Positions 53,938-64,000 are shown, counted from the first letter of the stretch. The stretch is DNA of 64,000 bases from Candidatus Aminicenantes bacterium (GCA_026393855.1 JAPKZJ010000108.1:16600-80599), one strand, 5' to 3'. Made by a program: numbers and translations. The notes: generated by a model not told the origin, from the sequence alone.

Positions 53938-55181
53938 TCCGCCAGGGCATCTTCAAGGAAATCCTGTCCATGGCCTTCGATTCCCTGCGCAGCCACAAGC
54001 TGCGATCCTTTCTGACCCTGCTCGGGATCATGATCGGGGTCATGACGGTCATCGGCATGGTCTCGATCATCCAGGGCCTGAACGCCTCTTTCCTCAAGGA
54101 GCTGCAGGCGGCCGGATCGGACCTGATCATGATCCGCAAGTACGAGCCGGTCCAGATGGGCCGCATGGATGAAGAGCTGCGCCAGCGCAAGAACCTGACC
54201 TATGAGGACGTCCAGGCCCTGGAGCGGGAGTGCCCGCTGATCAAGGCCGTGGCCGTTAACCTGACGCCCAGCTTCTTCCAGGCCATCGAGGTCAAGTACC
54301 GCGAGATCAAGACCGACAACGCCATGATCGTGGGCATCAACGAGAAGTTCCCGATCGTCTACAATATCTATCTGCCCAAGGACGGCCGCTTCCTGACCGA
54401 ATCCGAAGTCCTGCACAGCGCCAAGGTCTGCCTGCTGGGATCCGAGACGGCCGAGAATCTCTTTCCCCACCTCAACCCGATCGGCCGCGAGATCCGGGTC
54501 GGGCCCGAGGGCTTCACCGTCGTCGGCGTCCTGGCCAAGCGCGGCCAGATGTTCGGCCAGAGCCGCGACAATCTGGTCGCCATCCCAATTACGGCCCTGC
54601 GCAAGTCCTTTCCCTACGATCCGGAAAGCATGGAGATCGCGGCCGTCCCCCGCAAGCCCGAGCAGCTGCAGGCCGCCATCGGCCAGATCACCGGCAAGCT
54701 GCGGCAAAGACGCAAAGTCCCCTTCGGCAAGCCCAACGACTTCGCCGTCTTCACCCAGGACACCATCCTCGACCTTTATAACCAGATCACCGGGGCGGCC
54801 TACCTGGTGATGATCGTCATCTCCTCGATCGGCCTGCTGGTCGGGGGCATCGGGGTCATGAACATCATGCTGGTCGCGGCCAAGGAACGAACCCGCGAGA
54901 TCGGCATCCGCAAGGCCCTGGGCGCCCGCTCCAAAGATATCCTGCGCCAATTCCTGATCGAAGCCATGGTTCTGACCGGAACCGGGGGCCTGCTCGGCAC
55001 CTTGGTCGGATTCGGGATCGCCATGATCGTGCGGGCGACGACTCCCCTGCCGGCCGCCGTCACTTCCTGGTCGATCGCGCTGGGCCTGTTCGTTTCGATC
55101 TCGGTCGGGCTTTTCTTCGGCATCTTTCCCGCCCGCCGGGCGGCCAAGGTCGATCCGATTATTTCGCTGCGCTACGAATAG
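53934..55181 (+). CDS. MacB-like ABC transporter permease (FtsX domain), tandem paralogue
   Basis: It has the same architecture (LRSFLTLLGIMIGV; ERTREIGIRKALGAR.KDIL.QFLIEA; AAKVDPI.SLRYE). A 4-nt overlap links it to the preceding gene. Confidence 0.86.
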
Positions 55182-56355
55182 CCTCGGCCGCGCGTTCCAG
55201 GGCGGCTGCCGCGTCCGCCTGCGGCTGGCCCGCGATCTCCACCAGCGACGCCCCTCCGCCACCCTTGCCGGCTACGAGCGGCGCCACCAGCCCGACCAGC
55301 GTCCGCAGGTCGAAGGCCAGGGACTCCGCCCGGGCCAAAACGATCTGAAGACGCTCCGGCGACCGGGCCGCGAACAGGGCCGCCCGCCCGCCGCCGCGAA
55401 CGAAGCTCAAGGCCAGCGCCCGGACCGCCTCGGGCCCCCGGTCGTCGAAGATCCGGATCAGGATCGCGTCGCCGCCGGCGGACGCAGCCAGCTCGGCCCC
55501 TTCGCGCTCGGCCGCCGCCGCCTCGAGCGCCCGCAACGACTTCTTCATAGATTTGGCTTCGCCGGCCAGCTTCTCGACCTGGCCTGGCAGCTCGGCGGGC
55601 GGGACGTTGAACCGTCCGACGAGGTCGCGGACGACCCGGGTCCGGACCTGGAATTCGGTCAAGGCCCGGCCGCCGCAGACGAAAGTGAAGCGAAGGTTCC
55701 CCCGGATCTTCTCGGCGCCGATGATCTTGATCAGCCCGATCTCTCCCGTCCGCCGAACGTGGGTTCCGCCGCAGGCGGAAAAATCGAACCCGGCGACTTC
55801 CACCACCCGGATCGTCCCCTCGACCTTGGGCGGCCTGCGGAGCGGGATCTCCCCGATCCGTTCGGCCGGGACAAAAAAGGTTCGGACCTCGCGATCCTCG
55901 AAAACGACTTCGTTGGCCCGCCGCTCGACCCGATCGATCGTCTCATCGCTCGCGTCCGCGAGGCCGATCTCGAGGGTGGAGACCTCGGGGCCGAGATGGA
56001 AGGAACGGGTCTCCCCTCCCGCCGTCTCGAGGAAGGCCTGCGACAGGATGTGCTGGCCCGAGTGCTGCTGCATATGGTCGAAGCGCCGAAGCCAATCGAC
56101 TTCGCCGCGCAGGCTCTCGCCGGGCGCCTCCTTTTCCAGGACGTGCAGGATCGCGCCCTCCTCCTCGATCACCCGGACGACCCGTACGCCGCCCAGTCGC
56201 CCCAAGTCCCACGGCTGGCCTCCGGACTCGGGATAGAAGCAGGTCCGATCGAGGACGACGGAAGGAAGCCCCTCGACGGCGCGCCGCTCCAGCACCGCCG
56301 CCTCGAACTCGATCTGTCCGGAATCCTCGAAGTAGAGCCTTTCAGTCGTCGCCAT
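55159..56355 (-). CDS. alanyl-tRNA editing protein AlaX-L type (SAD + DHHA1-like domains)
   Basis: Start ATG 56353-56355 follows AAGGAGGG. The zinc motifs HMQQHSGQH (HxxxH) and SACGGTH (CxxxH) of the Ala/Thr-tRNA synthetase second additional domain are present. The upstream part of the track ORF is a shadow. Confidence 0.82.
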   Translation of the reverse strand: MATTERLYFEDSGQIEFEAAVLERRAVEGLPSVVLDRTCFYPESGGQPWDLGRLGGVRVVRVIEEEGAILHVLEKEAPGESLRGEVDWLRRFDHMQQHSGQHILSQAFLETAGGETRSFHLGPEVSTLEIGLADASDETIDRVERRANEVVFEDREVRTFFVPAERIGEIPLRRPPKVEGTIRVVEVAGFDFSACGGTHVRRTGEIGLIKIIGAEKIRGNLRFTFVCGGRALTEFQVRTRVVRDLVGRFNVPPAELPGQVEKLAGEAKSMKKSLRALEAAAAEREGAELAASAGGDAILIRIFDDRGPEAVRALALSFVRGGGRAALFAARSPERLQIVLARAESLAFDLRTLVGLVAPLVAGKGGGGASLVEIAGQPQADAAAALERAAEAIRSAAK

Positions 56356-56369
56356 GGCAGTCCCTCCTT

Positions 56370-57587
56370 TCAGATCACCCGGGCGGCCAGCAGGACGAAC
56401 AGGGCCGCGGCGAAGACCGCAGCCACCGGCCGCCAGAGAATGCGATAGACGTCCTTGAGCTCGGCGTGGAAGTACTCGGCCGTGAAAGCCAAACACAGAT
56501 GAGCGGGCGACAGCAGGATGCCGACGAAGCCGCTGACATAGGCGAACAGGAGCAGGACCATATCGGGCCGGCCGCGGCCGATGATCGGAGCCAGCAGGGG
56601 GAAAGCGATCGCCACGAAAGCCTGGTTGACGCCGGTCAGCAGGCCGATGAGAAACGGCGCGGCAAAGAGGAGGACATAGGTCCAAAGGCCCCCGGGCGGA
56701 ACGGCCCGGACCACGGCCTCCAGGGCGCCGCTCGTCTCGAGCACCTGCTTGAAGACCATGACCGACGCCGTCAGCAGGACGATCCGCGGCGTGACGCTGC
56801 GGCGGAAGACCTCCCAGCGGGTCTTGAGGTCCATTCGCGACAAGGCCTGGCTGAGCAGGCAAGCCGCGGCCAGAGCCGGCAGCATGGCCATCCGGAGACC
56901 GAAGACGAGCCCGATGGTCAGGACGATCGGCCAAATTGAGGCCGCAACGCGGACATAATCCCCGATCGAGGCTCTTCGGCGCGGCGACCGGGGCCCGGCC
57001 GGCACCTGGCGGAACAGGACCGTCAACCCGGCCGCGGCGGCGATGACGGTGAAGGGCGCTTGAACGAGGCAGATCCGCCCGATCGGCACTTCAAGGATAA
57101 GGGAAGCCAGAATCAGGTTCGTGTAGAGGGGCCAGCTGTATTCCCAGATGTGACGGAACCAATAATTAAGAAACGTCATCCAGGCCGGCGAGAGGCCGTA
57201 GGGCCGGGCCGCCTCCTCGACGATCGGCGCTCCCATCATGGCGCCCGCGGTCATGGGCAGGAGCCCGATGAAGGCCGAGGGGACGGCCAGGATGAGCCGG
57301 GGATCCCGGACGATGGCCTTGAGAGCCTCAACCATGCGCCGGAAATGGCCGCCCGCCTGGAGATAGTTGCCGAGGTAGAGGACCAGGACGAGAATGCCCA
57401 GGAGGGTCAGCGTCTCGCCGGCGATCAGGGTTCGGCCCGCCGTCCGGAGGAAGACACCCGCCGGCATCCGGAACAGCCCGGCCGTCAGGACCGCGTCGGC
57501 CAGCAGAGCCAGGCCGAGATCGACCTTGAGGCGAAGCAGGAGGAGGAGAAGGATGATGACGGCGGCGGCCTTGAGCAAAACGGGCAT
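56370..57587 (-). CDS. DUF401-family polytopic membrane protein (putative transporter)
   Basis: The 405-aa protein has about 11 hydrophobic segments and looks like DUF401 by general pattern only. I recognise no catalytic motifs. Confidence 0.6.
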   Translation of the reverse strand: MPVLLKAAAVIILLLLLLRLKVDLGLALLADAVLTAGLFRMPAGVFLRTAGRTLIAGETLTLLGILVLVLYLGNYLQAGGHFRRMVEALKAIVRDPRLILAVPSAFIGLLPMTAGAMMGAPIVEEAARPYGLSPAWMTFLNYWFRHIWEYSWPLYTNLILASLILEVPIGRICLVQAPFTVIAAAAGLTVLFRQVPAGPRSPRRRASIGDYVRVAASIWPIVLTIGLVFGLRMAMLPALAAACLLSQALSRMDLKTRWEVFRRSVTPRIVLLTASVMVFKQVLETSGALEAVVRAVPPGGLWTYVLLFAAPFLIGLLTGVNQAFVAIAFPLLAPIIGRGRPDMVLLLFAYVSGFVGILLSPAHLCLAFTAEYFHAELKDVYRILWRPVAAVFAAALFVLLAARVI

Positions 57588-57614
57588 GGCGGCGTCTTCC
57601 GGCCGCGGATTATA

Positions 57615-58277
57615 TCATAGGCGGCCAAGGACCCGGGTGGCCGTCTTGAAATGAAGCTTGGCCACCTGGCCCAAAGCCGCGGCCCCGTGGCGGGCCAGGA
57701 AGGCGGCGGCGGACGACTCGACGGGTGGACCGGCCCCCTTGTGAAGGTCCACCTCCCACTGCCGCGACAGGGCCGCCAGCCGCTTGACGAACTCGGCCCG
57801 GGCCAGGATGGAGGCGGCCGCGACGGCCGGGTCCGATTCTCCCCCCGGCCGCTGCAGAAGCTCGATCTGGCGGCCTTTCTTCATCAAGGCCTGCAGGACC
57901 AATCGTTCGTCGCCGAACTGGTCGGTGATCGCCTTGGACGCGTCCACGCGCTCCAGGATGTTCTCGATGACCCGAGCGTGGCCCCAGGCCAGAAGCTTGT
58001 TCAAGTTGCGGAACTGGTCGTAGAGCTCATTGTATTTCTCGGGCCCGATAGCCACGATCGAATGGACGTATCCGGCCCGCAGCGTCTCGGCCAGGTCCCG
58101 GATCTTCCTGTCGGACAGGGTCTTGCTGTCGCGGACGCCGAGCTCGGTCAGCACCGGGCCTTGCCCCTCGGGGCAGAAAAATCCGGCGATCACCAACGGC
58201 CCGAAGAAATCGCCCTTGCCTGATTCGTCCGTGCCGATATGGCCTGCGGCGGGCGGGAAAAGCGCGACTTGACTCAT
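57615..58277 (-). CDS. rnhC: ribonuclease HIII-type catalytic domain protein lacking the usual N-terminal domain
   Basis: IGTDESGKGDFFGPLVIAG (the RNase HIII DESGKGD motif), VRDSKTLSD, ITDQFG and AAASILAR are present. The protein is only 220 aa. Confidence 0.8.
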   Translation of the reverse strand: MSQVALFPPAAGHIGTDESGKGDFFGPLVIAGFFCPEGQGPVLTELGVRDSKTLSDRKIRDLAETLRAGYVHSIVAIGPEKYNELYDQFRNLNKLLAWGHARVIENILERVDASKAITDQFGDERLVLQALMKKGRQIELLQRPGGESDPAVAAASILARAEFVKRLAALSRQWEVDLHKGAGPPVESSAAAFLARHGAAALGQVAKLHFKTATRVLGRL

Positions 58278-59788
58278 CGACCGCCCTCCCCCCGCAAATA
58301 AGCGTCCATTCCGACTGCGGCCCGCCTGGCGTCGCCCATGGCCAGAATGACGGTGGCCCCGCCGCGGACGATGTCGCCGCCGGCGAAGACGCCCGGCACG
58401 CCGGCCGCCAGGGTGCCCGCATCCACCTCGATGGTGCCCCAGCGGCCGCGCCGAAGCTCCGGCTGGCAGTCGAACAGAAGCGGGTTCGGGCTTTGGCCGA
58501 CCGCAACGACGGCCAGATCGATCTCGGCTTCGAACTCCGAGCCGGGCACGGGGATCGGCCGGCGCCGGCCGGAGTCATCGGGCTCCCCCAGCTCCATCCG
58601 CAGACAGGTCATCGAGCGCAAACGCCCCGCCGCGTCCCCCTCGTAACGAATGGGCGCCGTCAGGAGATGGATTTCGACCCCTTCCTCCTCGGCGTGCTTG
58701 ATTTCCTCAACCCGGGCCGGCATTTCCTCGCGCGACCGCCGATAGATGATCATGGCCCGCTCGGCCCCCAGCCGGCGGGCCGTCCGGACGGCGTCCAGGG
58801 CCACGTTGCCGCCGCCGATCACCGCCGCTTGCCGAGCCCGCGGCACGGGCGTGTCGACCGCAGGAAAGGCGTGGGCCCTCATCAGGTTGACCCGGGTCAG
58901 GTACTCGTTGGCCGAATAGACGCCGACCAGGTTCTCGCCCGGAATCTTCATGAAGTTCGGCAGCCCCGCTCCGGTGCCGATGAAAAAAGCCCGGAAGCCC
59001 TCGGCCCTCAAGTCGTCCAGCGTCGCCGTCCGCCCGACGATGAAGTTCAGCCGGAATTCCACGCCCCGGGCGCGCAGGGCCTCGACTTCGGCCCGCAGAA
59101 CCGCTTTGGGCAGCCGGAACTCGGGAATGCCGTAGACCAGGACGCCGCCCGGCTCGTGGAGGGCCTCGAAAACCGTGACCGCATGCCCCATCCTGGCCAG
59201 CTCTCCAGCCGCGGTCAGCCCGGCCGGTCCGGAGCCGACGACGGCGGCCTTGGGCCCCTTCGCGGCAAAGCGGACGGGCGGCGCGGGCGATCCCTCGGCG
59301 CCGGCCCTTTCGAAGTCGGCGGCGAAGCGCTCCAGATGCCCGATCGCCACAGGGATGCCGGAGGCCCGCTTGAGATTGCAGACCGCCTCGCACTGCGTCT
59401 CCTGCGGACAGACGCGGCCGCAGACCGCGGGCAGGGAGTTCGTCTCTTTAAGCGATCGGCCCGCGGCGGCGAATTCGCCCCGCTCGATCAGCTTGACGAA
59501 AGTGGGAATGTCGATCACCACCGGGCATCCGGCCACACACCCGGGAACCGCGCAGTCGAGACAGCGCCGGGCCTCCGCCTGAGCCGCCTCGGCGCCGAAG
59601 CCCAGGTTGACTTCGCCGAAGTCGCGGCCGCGGACGACACCCCCCCGCTCCGGCATCGGCTGTCGAGGGATCCGCATCCGTTCCTTGGGCGGCGCTTCGC
59701 GGCGCAGAGCGCGGCGCCATTCCCGGTCGAACTCGGTTTTGATCCGGTCCCGGTCGGCGGGCTCGAGGGGTCTTTTTTCTTCGGCCAT
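58274..59788 (-). CDS. nfnB: NfnB / GltD-like NADPH-dependent FAD oxidoreductase (two [4Fe-4S] + FAD + NADPH sites)
   Basis: EA.RCLDCAVPGC..GCPV.IDIP, CGRVCPQE.QCE..C, VVGSGPAGL.AA and AVIGGGNVA.D..R are present. The protein is 504 aa. Confidence 0.88.
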   Translation of the reverse strand: MAEEKRPLEPADRDRIKTEFDREWRRALRREAPPKERMRIPRQPMPERGGVVRGRDFGEVNLGFGAEAAQAEARRCLDCAVPGCVAGCPVVIDIPTFVKLIERGEFAAAGRSLKETNSLPAVCGRVCPQETQCEAVCNLKRASGIPVAIGHLERFAADFERAGAEGSPAPPVRFAAKGPKAAVVGSGPAGLTAAGELARMGHAVTVFEALHEPGGVLVYGIPEFRLPKAVLRAEVEALRARGVEFRLNFIVGRTATLDDLRAEGFRAFFIGTGAGLPNFMKIPGENLVGVYSANEYLTRVNLMRAHAFPAVDTPVPRARQAAVIGGGNVALDAVRTARRLGAERAMIIYRRSREEMPARVEEIKHAEEEGVEIHLLTAPIRYEGDAAGRLRSMTCLRMELGEPDDSGRRRPIPVPGSEFEAEIDLAVVAVGQSPNPLLFDCQPELRRGRWGTIEVDAGTLAAGVPGVFAGGDIVRGGATVILAMGDARRAAVGMDAYLRGEGGR

Positions 59789-59797
59789 GTCCGTTCC

Positions 59798-60631
59798 CTA
59801 GGGTAAGGTCTCCCGCTCCCACCAGCAAAGCGACCGGATCTCGTCGTCGAGGTAAGCGGCGCGGCGGCGGAAGAGCTCCGGCCAATCCACCTGGTGGCCG
59901 TCGAAATCGGGCCCGTCGACGCAGGCAAATCGGGTCTTCCCTCCGATTGAACAGCGGCAGGCGCCGCACATCCCGGTCCCATCGACCATGACCGGGTTGA
60001 GGCTGACGATCGTCCGCAGGCCCAGCGGGCGGGTCGCTTCGGAGACCGAGGCAAGGAGGTAGGCGCAGCCCGAGACCATGACCCGGTCGATTCGCTTCTC
60101 GCCGGCAGCGACACCCGCGACTGTCCGCGACGCGAATTCCTGGGACATGCCCCCGAGATCGCGCTCCGCCGTCATGACCCGGTCGCAAAGCTCCCGGAAG
60201 CGCTCCTGCCAATAGAACAAATGTCCGGCTTTGACGTCGGCCAGGAGCAGCAGCCGGTTGCCCGCCGCGCGCAAAGCCCGGGCCGCAGGATAAAGAGCGC
60301 CGATGCCGTAGCAGCCGGCTACGAGGAGAACGGTGCCGAAAGCCGCGATCTCGCTCGGCCGCCCCAGCGGCCCGGCGCAGGCGGCCAGCGCATCCCCCGC
60401 TTTCAGTCGAGCCAGCTTCTGGGTGGATGTCCCGACCAGAAGGAAGACGGCCGAGACGGAGCCTTCGGCGGCGTCCCAGTCCGCGATCGAGAGCGGGATT
60501 CGTTCGCCGTCCGGATCGGCCATGACCATGATGAACTGCCCGGGACGGCATCGGCGCGCCACTTCGGGCGCGTGGATCCGGATCAGATGAATGTTCGGGA
60601 CCAGCCTGCGGCGTTCCAAAATATGCGCCAT
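59798..60631 (-). CDS. nfnA: NfnA / PyrK-like FAD, [2Fe-2S] ferredoxin-NAD(P)+ reductase subunit
   Basis: I....AP.....RPGQF.MV, ERIPLSIAD and C-terminal DGTGMCGACRC....K..FACVDGP.F are present. The protein is 277 aa. Confidence 0.86.
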   Translation of the reverse strand: MAHILERRRLVPNIHLIRIHAPEVARRCRPGQFIMVMADPDGERIPLSIADWDAAEGSVSAVFLLVGTSTQKLARLKAGDALAACAGPLGRPSEIAAFGTVLLVAGCYGIGALYPAARALRAAGNRLLLLADVKAGHLFYWQERFRELCDRVMTAERDLGGMSQEFASRTVAGVAAGEKRIDRVMVSGCAYLLASVSEATRPLGLRTIVSLNPVMVDGTGMCGACRCSIGGKTRFACVDGPDFDGHQVDWPELFRRRAAYLDDEIRSLCWWERETLP

Positions 60632-62881
60632 CTATCGTCTCCGGATCGCCTTCAGGCTCTTTAGAGCCGTCCCGGCCGACAACCCATGGAAGCCGTCCGG
60701 ATCACCGAGGGGTTCCGCCGGCTCATCGGCCGCGGCGGCCGCGGGGATCGCCGCGAATCGCCCGGCCGGCCGTTTCGGCCAGGCCAGGAAGACGGGATTA
60801 TGCCCCGGCCGGGACGCCGCCGCCCCGGCGAACGCGGGCACGGTCCGCGCGATTTCGGACATGATTTCGTCGGCCGAAGCGGGCCCGGGGCTTCGGCCGA
60901 TCGCCCGCCCCAGATCCGCAGCGATCCGCCAGACGGGTCGGGCTTCGCCCGGAGGAGGAACGGCAGCCCGGGATTGTTGGATCCGACCCTCGCGATTGAC
61001 CCAAGTCCCGTCCTGTTCGGCGAACAAGGTGCGCGGCAGGACGACGTCGGCCCGCTCCGACGACCGGCCTTCGAACGCGGCCAGAGCCACGACAAAGGCC
61101 TCCGGCCGGACCGCGGCCGGCGGGACATCGGCGGCCAGCAGGAGTCTCCCCGCCGCGGCCATTGTCTCGCCGCAAGTCGGGCTTGCCGCCTCGGCCCCGA
61201 AGAGCGCCGCTCCTCCCCTGGCGTTCGCTTCCCAAGCGATCGGGACAAGCTCCGCACCGACGAGCTCGGCCAGGTTCCAAAGCGCGGCGGCGTTTCGCCG
61301 ACCGGACTCCCCAGCGACGAAGCGGGGTCCGAAAACGAACGCGGCGGGCTTGCGCTTGTCCAGGATACCCGCGATCCTGACCGTCTTTTCGTCCGGATGA
61401 GCCCGGCGCTCCCTCCGGTTTCCCTCCGATCGGACCCGCAAGGCTTTCCGCAGCTCGGCCCAGCCGGACTCGCCGCGCTCCGCCGCCGACCCGGACAGCT
61501 CGGCCAGAAGATCGAGCAGGAATTCGGCGGCCTCTTCCGAGCCGGCCCGGACCCTGACTTTGGCCGAGCGATCGAGACAGGTTTCGTGGGGGCCGAAGAC
61601 GATGAGCCGGGCCCCCCGACGGACGGCTTGAACGACACCAAGCCCGACCATCGGCGCCGTGACCGGAAGATCCTCGTCAAAGACGACGATGGCTTTCATG
61701 CCGGCCAAGCCGGCATGGGGCAGATCCGGCAGGCCTTCGGCCGGGCCGATCCCGGCCGCCGCTTGGATTCGGCCGAGCGGGGCGGGCGACCCGGCCAATC
61801 GGAATTCAGTGGAACCAAAGCCATCCCTGGTCAAGGCCCGCAAAGCCCAAAGGTCTTCGCAGGAATCCCAGGCCGAAACGATCGCGGCGAACGGGCCGGA
61901 GCCGGCGCGCAGCCCCGCCACGGCGGCGGCCAAAGCTTCGTCCCACCCCGCCGGGATCAGATGCCCGGCCCGGCGGATGAGCGGCGTCATCGACCGGCCG
62001 GAAAAAGCATGAATCTCGGCCGTCAGGAACCGCCCTTTGACGCAGGCCTGGCCCCGATTGGCGGATCCGTCCGCGGGCCGCGTCCCGACCAGCCGGCCCC
62101 GGTCCAGCTCGGCCTCAAGAAGGCAGCCCTCAGCGCAGAGCGCGCAGACGATCGGCTTTATTTCGTCGACTTTCCGGTAGCGGACGGATCGTTCGAGGAG
62201 CGCGCCCGTGGGACAGACGTCGACGCAGGCGCCGCAGAATCGGCAGCCCGCCTCAAGAAGAGTCCCGTCCAGCGCGGTCCCGACCGCCGTCTTGCCTCCC
62301 CGGCCGATGAAGGACAGGACCGAAGCCCCCCGCAGATCGCGGCAGACGCGGACGCACAGGCCGCAGAGAATGCAGAGGCCGGCGTCGCGATCGATCAGGG
62401 GGTCGTCCCGCCGAGGTTCGGCAGCCCGCGGCGCCTCCGGGAACGCGGTCCGTTCCAAGCCCACGGCCGCCGCCGCGTCCTGCAGCCGGCAGTTTCCATC
62501 CTTGGGACACAGGACGCACCCCGTCGGCTCGCCGGTCTTGCGGATGCCGGCCTTCGGCTCCCGGCAATCGCGCCGCTCCTCGCAGAACAAGCAGGCCGAC
62601 GGGTGCTCGGCCAGGATCATCTCCATCACCCCGCGCCGCAGGGTCCGCAGAGAGGGCGTATCCGTGGCCACGCGCATGCCGTCCTCAAGGTTGGTGGCGC
62701 AAGCCGGAACCGGTTCCCGGCGGCCCGCGATCTCGACCAAACACAGACGGCAGGCCGCGGCCGGGTCCAGGCGGGGATGATCGCAGAGGGTCGGGATGGA
62801 GATGCCCAGCCGCCGGGCTGCCTCCAGAATCGTCGCCGATCCGGCCGTCTCGAAAGGCCGCCCGTCGATGACGGCTTTCAT
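60632..62881 (-). CDS. NuoG/HydA-N-terminal-like iron-sulfur protein fused to a degenerate molybdopterin-oxidoreductase-like domain
   Basis: It has a 2Fe-2S ferredoxin start (TLCDH....AACRLCLVE......ACAT), [14 protein letters not shown] (H-x3-C-x2-C-x5-C), and two ferredoxin motifs [11 protein letters not shown] / [12 protein letters not shown]. It also has a MopB-type CALCAEGC...ACVKGRF cluster. I see no Cys/Sec-His active-site motif, and the Ala/Arg-rich C-terminal half is poorly conserved-looking. Confidence 0.8.
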   Translation of the reverse strand: MKAVIDGRPFETAGSATILEAARRLGISIPTLCDHPRLDPAAACRLCLVEIAGRREPVPACATNLEDGMRVATDTPSLRTLRRGVMEMILAEHPSACLFCEERRDCREPKAGIRKTGEPTGCVLCPKDGNCRLQDAAAAVGLERTAFPEAPRAAEPRRDDPLIDRDAGLCILCGLCVRVCRDLRGASVLSFIGRGGKTAVGTALDGTLLEAGCRFCGACVDVCPTGALLERSVRYRKVDEIKPIVCALCAEGCLLEAELDRGRLVGTRPADGSANRGQACVKGRFLTAEIHAFSGRSMTPLIRRAGHLIPAGWDEALAAAVAGLRAGSGPFAAIVSAWDSCEDLWALRALTRDGFGSTEFRLAGSPAPLGRIQAAAGIGPAEGLPDLPHAGLAGMKAIVVFDEDLPVTAPMVGLGVVQAVRRGARLIVFGPHETCLDRSAKVRVRAGSEEAAEFLLDLLAELSGSAAERGESGWAELRKALRVRSEGNRRERRAHPDEKTVRIAGILDKRKPAAFVFGPRFVAGESGRRNAAALWNLAELVGAELVPIAWEANARGGAALFGAEAASPTCGETMAAAGRLLLAADVPPAAVRPEAFVVALAAFEGRSSERADVVLPRTLFAEQDGTWVNREGRIQQSRAAVPPPGEARPVWRIAADLGRAIGRSPGPASADEIMSEIARTVPAFAGAAASRPGHNPVFLAWPKRPAGRFAAIPAAAAADEPAEPLGDPDGFHGLSAGTALKSLKAIRRR

Positions 62882-64000
62882 GACCGGCGCCTCCCGCGGC
62901 CCGGGGCTTTTCGCTCGGCCTGAACCGGCCCGGAGCGGACGGCGCGGATGCCGGGCGGACAGGCCTCAACGCAAGCCCCGCACTTAATGCAGAGAGCGGG
63001 GTCGATGGCATGGACGGTCTTGGGCCGGCCCGCGATCGCATCGACGGGGCAGATCTTGCGGCACAAGCCGCAGCCGGTGCAGAGCGCCGGGTCGATGGTC
63101 AAGGAGATAAGCGCCCGGCAGACGCCCGCGGGACAGACCCGGTCTTCGACATGGGCCCGGTATTCGTCCCGGAAATAGCGCAAGGTCGAAAGGACGGGAT
63201 TGGCCGAAGTTCGTCCCAGGCCGCACAGCGAGGCGGCCTGGACGGTCACGGCCAAGGCTTCCAGCCGATCCAGATCGGAATTCACGGCCAGGCCGGCCAC
63301 GATGCGGTCCAATATCCCGCGCATCAGACGGGTTCCGATCCGGCAGGGAGCGCACTTGCCGCAGGACTCTTCCGCCGCGAAGCCCAGGAAGAAACGGGCC
63401 ACGTCGACCATGCAGGAGCGGTCGTCCATGGCGATCAGGCCGCCCGAGCCCATGATCGAGCCGGCCCGGGCCAGGGCTTCGAAATCCACGGCCACGCCGA
63501 GGCCCGCGGCGGGCAGACATCCGCCCGAAGGCCCGCCGGTCTGGACGGCTTTAAGGGTCCGCCCAGGCAGGGCGCCGCCGCCGATATCGTCGATGATGTC
63601 CCGCAGGGAGACGCCCATCGGGACCTCGACCAGGCCGGTCCGGCGAACCCGGCCGACCAGCGAAAAGATCTTCGTCCCCTTGCTTTTCTCGGTTCCGACC
63701 GAGGCGAACCAGCCGGCGCCCCGGTCGATGATCGGTACGACGCTGGCCCAGGTTTCCACGTTGTTGATCGTCGTCGGCCGGCCCCACAGGCCGGATTCGG
63801 CCGGATACGGCGGCCTCTGCCGGGGATGCGGACGGCGGCCTTCGATCGAGGCGATAAGAGCCGTCTCTTCGCCCGAGACGAAAGCGCCCGCGCCCTGCAC
63901 CACTTGGACGTCGAAGTGGACCTCCGATCCCAGGATGTTCTCCCCCAGCAAGCCGAGCTCCCGGGCCCGCTCGATGGCCCGCCGGATGTTGGCCACGGCC
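62878..64000 (-). CDS. NuoF/HydB-like FMN- and NAD(P)H-binding flavoprotein with C-terminal 2x[4Fe-4S] ferredoxin domain (5' end outside window)
   Basis: [33 protein letters not shown] and C-terminal [12 protein letters not shown] / [12 protein letters not shown] are present. The reading frame is still open at 64000, and the M at 63996 in the track is internal. Confidence 0.88.
   Translation of the reverse strand, partial: AVANIRRAIERARELGLLGENILGSEVHFDVQVVQGAGAFVSGEETALIASIEGRRPHPRQRPPYPAESGLWGRPTTINNVETWASVVPIIDRGAGWFASVGTEKSKGTKIFSLVGRVRRTGLVEVPMGVSLRDIIDDIGGGALPGRTLKAVQTGGPSGGCLPAAGLGVAVDFEALARAGSIMGSGGLIAMDDRSCMVDVARFFLGFAAEESCGKCAPCRIGTRLMRGILDRIVAGLAVNSDLDRLEALAVTVQAASLCGLGRTSANPVLSTLRYFRDEYRAHVEDRVCPAGVCRALISLTIDPALCTGCGLCRKICPVDAIAGRPKTVHAIDPALCIKCGACVEACPPGIRAVRSGPVQAERKAPGRGRRRS

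Noticed and set aside
60632-62881. The NuoG-like protein as a selenocysteine/cysteine formate dehydrogenase alpha subunit.
   Set aside because: There is no in-frame TGA and no Cys/Sec-His active-site motif after the MopB FeS cluster. The C-terminal half is Ala/Arg/Gly-rich and lacks the molybdopterin-binding blocks I would expect. It is more consistent with a cofactor-less NuoG-type domain.

Overview
This is a 64-kb, high-GC (about 65% by eye) chromosomal segment from a diderm bacterium, shown by BamA, Skp, LolCD-type, LpxA/LpxI and FabZ. The lineage cannot be fixed from sequence alone. I support 52 protein-coding genes, two of them cut by the window edges. They are densely packed and mostly housekeeping: a nucleotidyltransferase/CDP-alcohol transferase pair, an SDR-type threonine dehydrogenase, secreted peptidases (M28 and a 1376-aa M14-domain protein), speE, and a SpoIID-like wall protein. 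There is also an acetate/threonine block (acsA, a small carrier protein, kbl, satP), a FecBCD-type ABC importer, a DhaL-DegV fusion, mscL and a sigma-54 activator with a degenerate receiver. Further genes form a lipid A/outer-membrane cluster (gnnA-like, lpxI, lpxA, fabZ, skp, bamA, lolCD), followed by lysS-nusB-ribH, a Lon-like protease, a glycan-related membrane protein and hydrolase, and two MacB-like permeases. The right end carries AlaX, a short RNase HIII and an operon combining NuoF-like, NuoG-like, NfnA and NfnB genes. I found no rRNA, tRNA, CRISPR array, transposase, integrase, phage gene or recognisable defence gene. Most long ORFs in the supplied track are antisense or out-of-frame shadows, as expected at this GC content. 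The least explained content is non-coding. Family A is a ~195-nt GC-rich hairpin-chain repeat with a 113-nt core that is 110/113 identical between 4011-4207 and 32609-32804. Family B is a ~300-nt long-foldback element with two diverged, oppositely oriented copies at 7580-7891 and 22906-23199. Both families sit almost exclusively in gene-end spacers, and each could be either a MITE-like element or a structured RNA. The best protein-level candidates for novelty are the NuoF/NuoG-like + NfnAB operon, the carrier protein between acsA and kbl, and the phosphorylation-independent-looking sigma-54 activator next to the giant M14 protein. All homology statements come from reading motifs, because no database search was possible.
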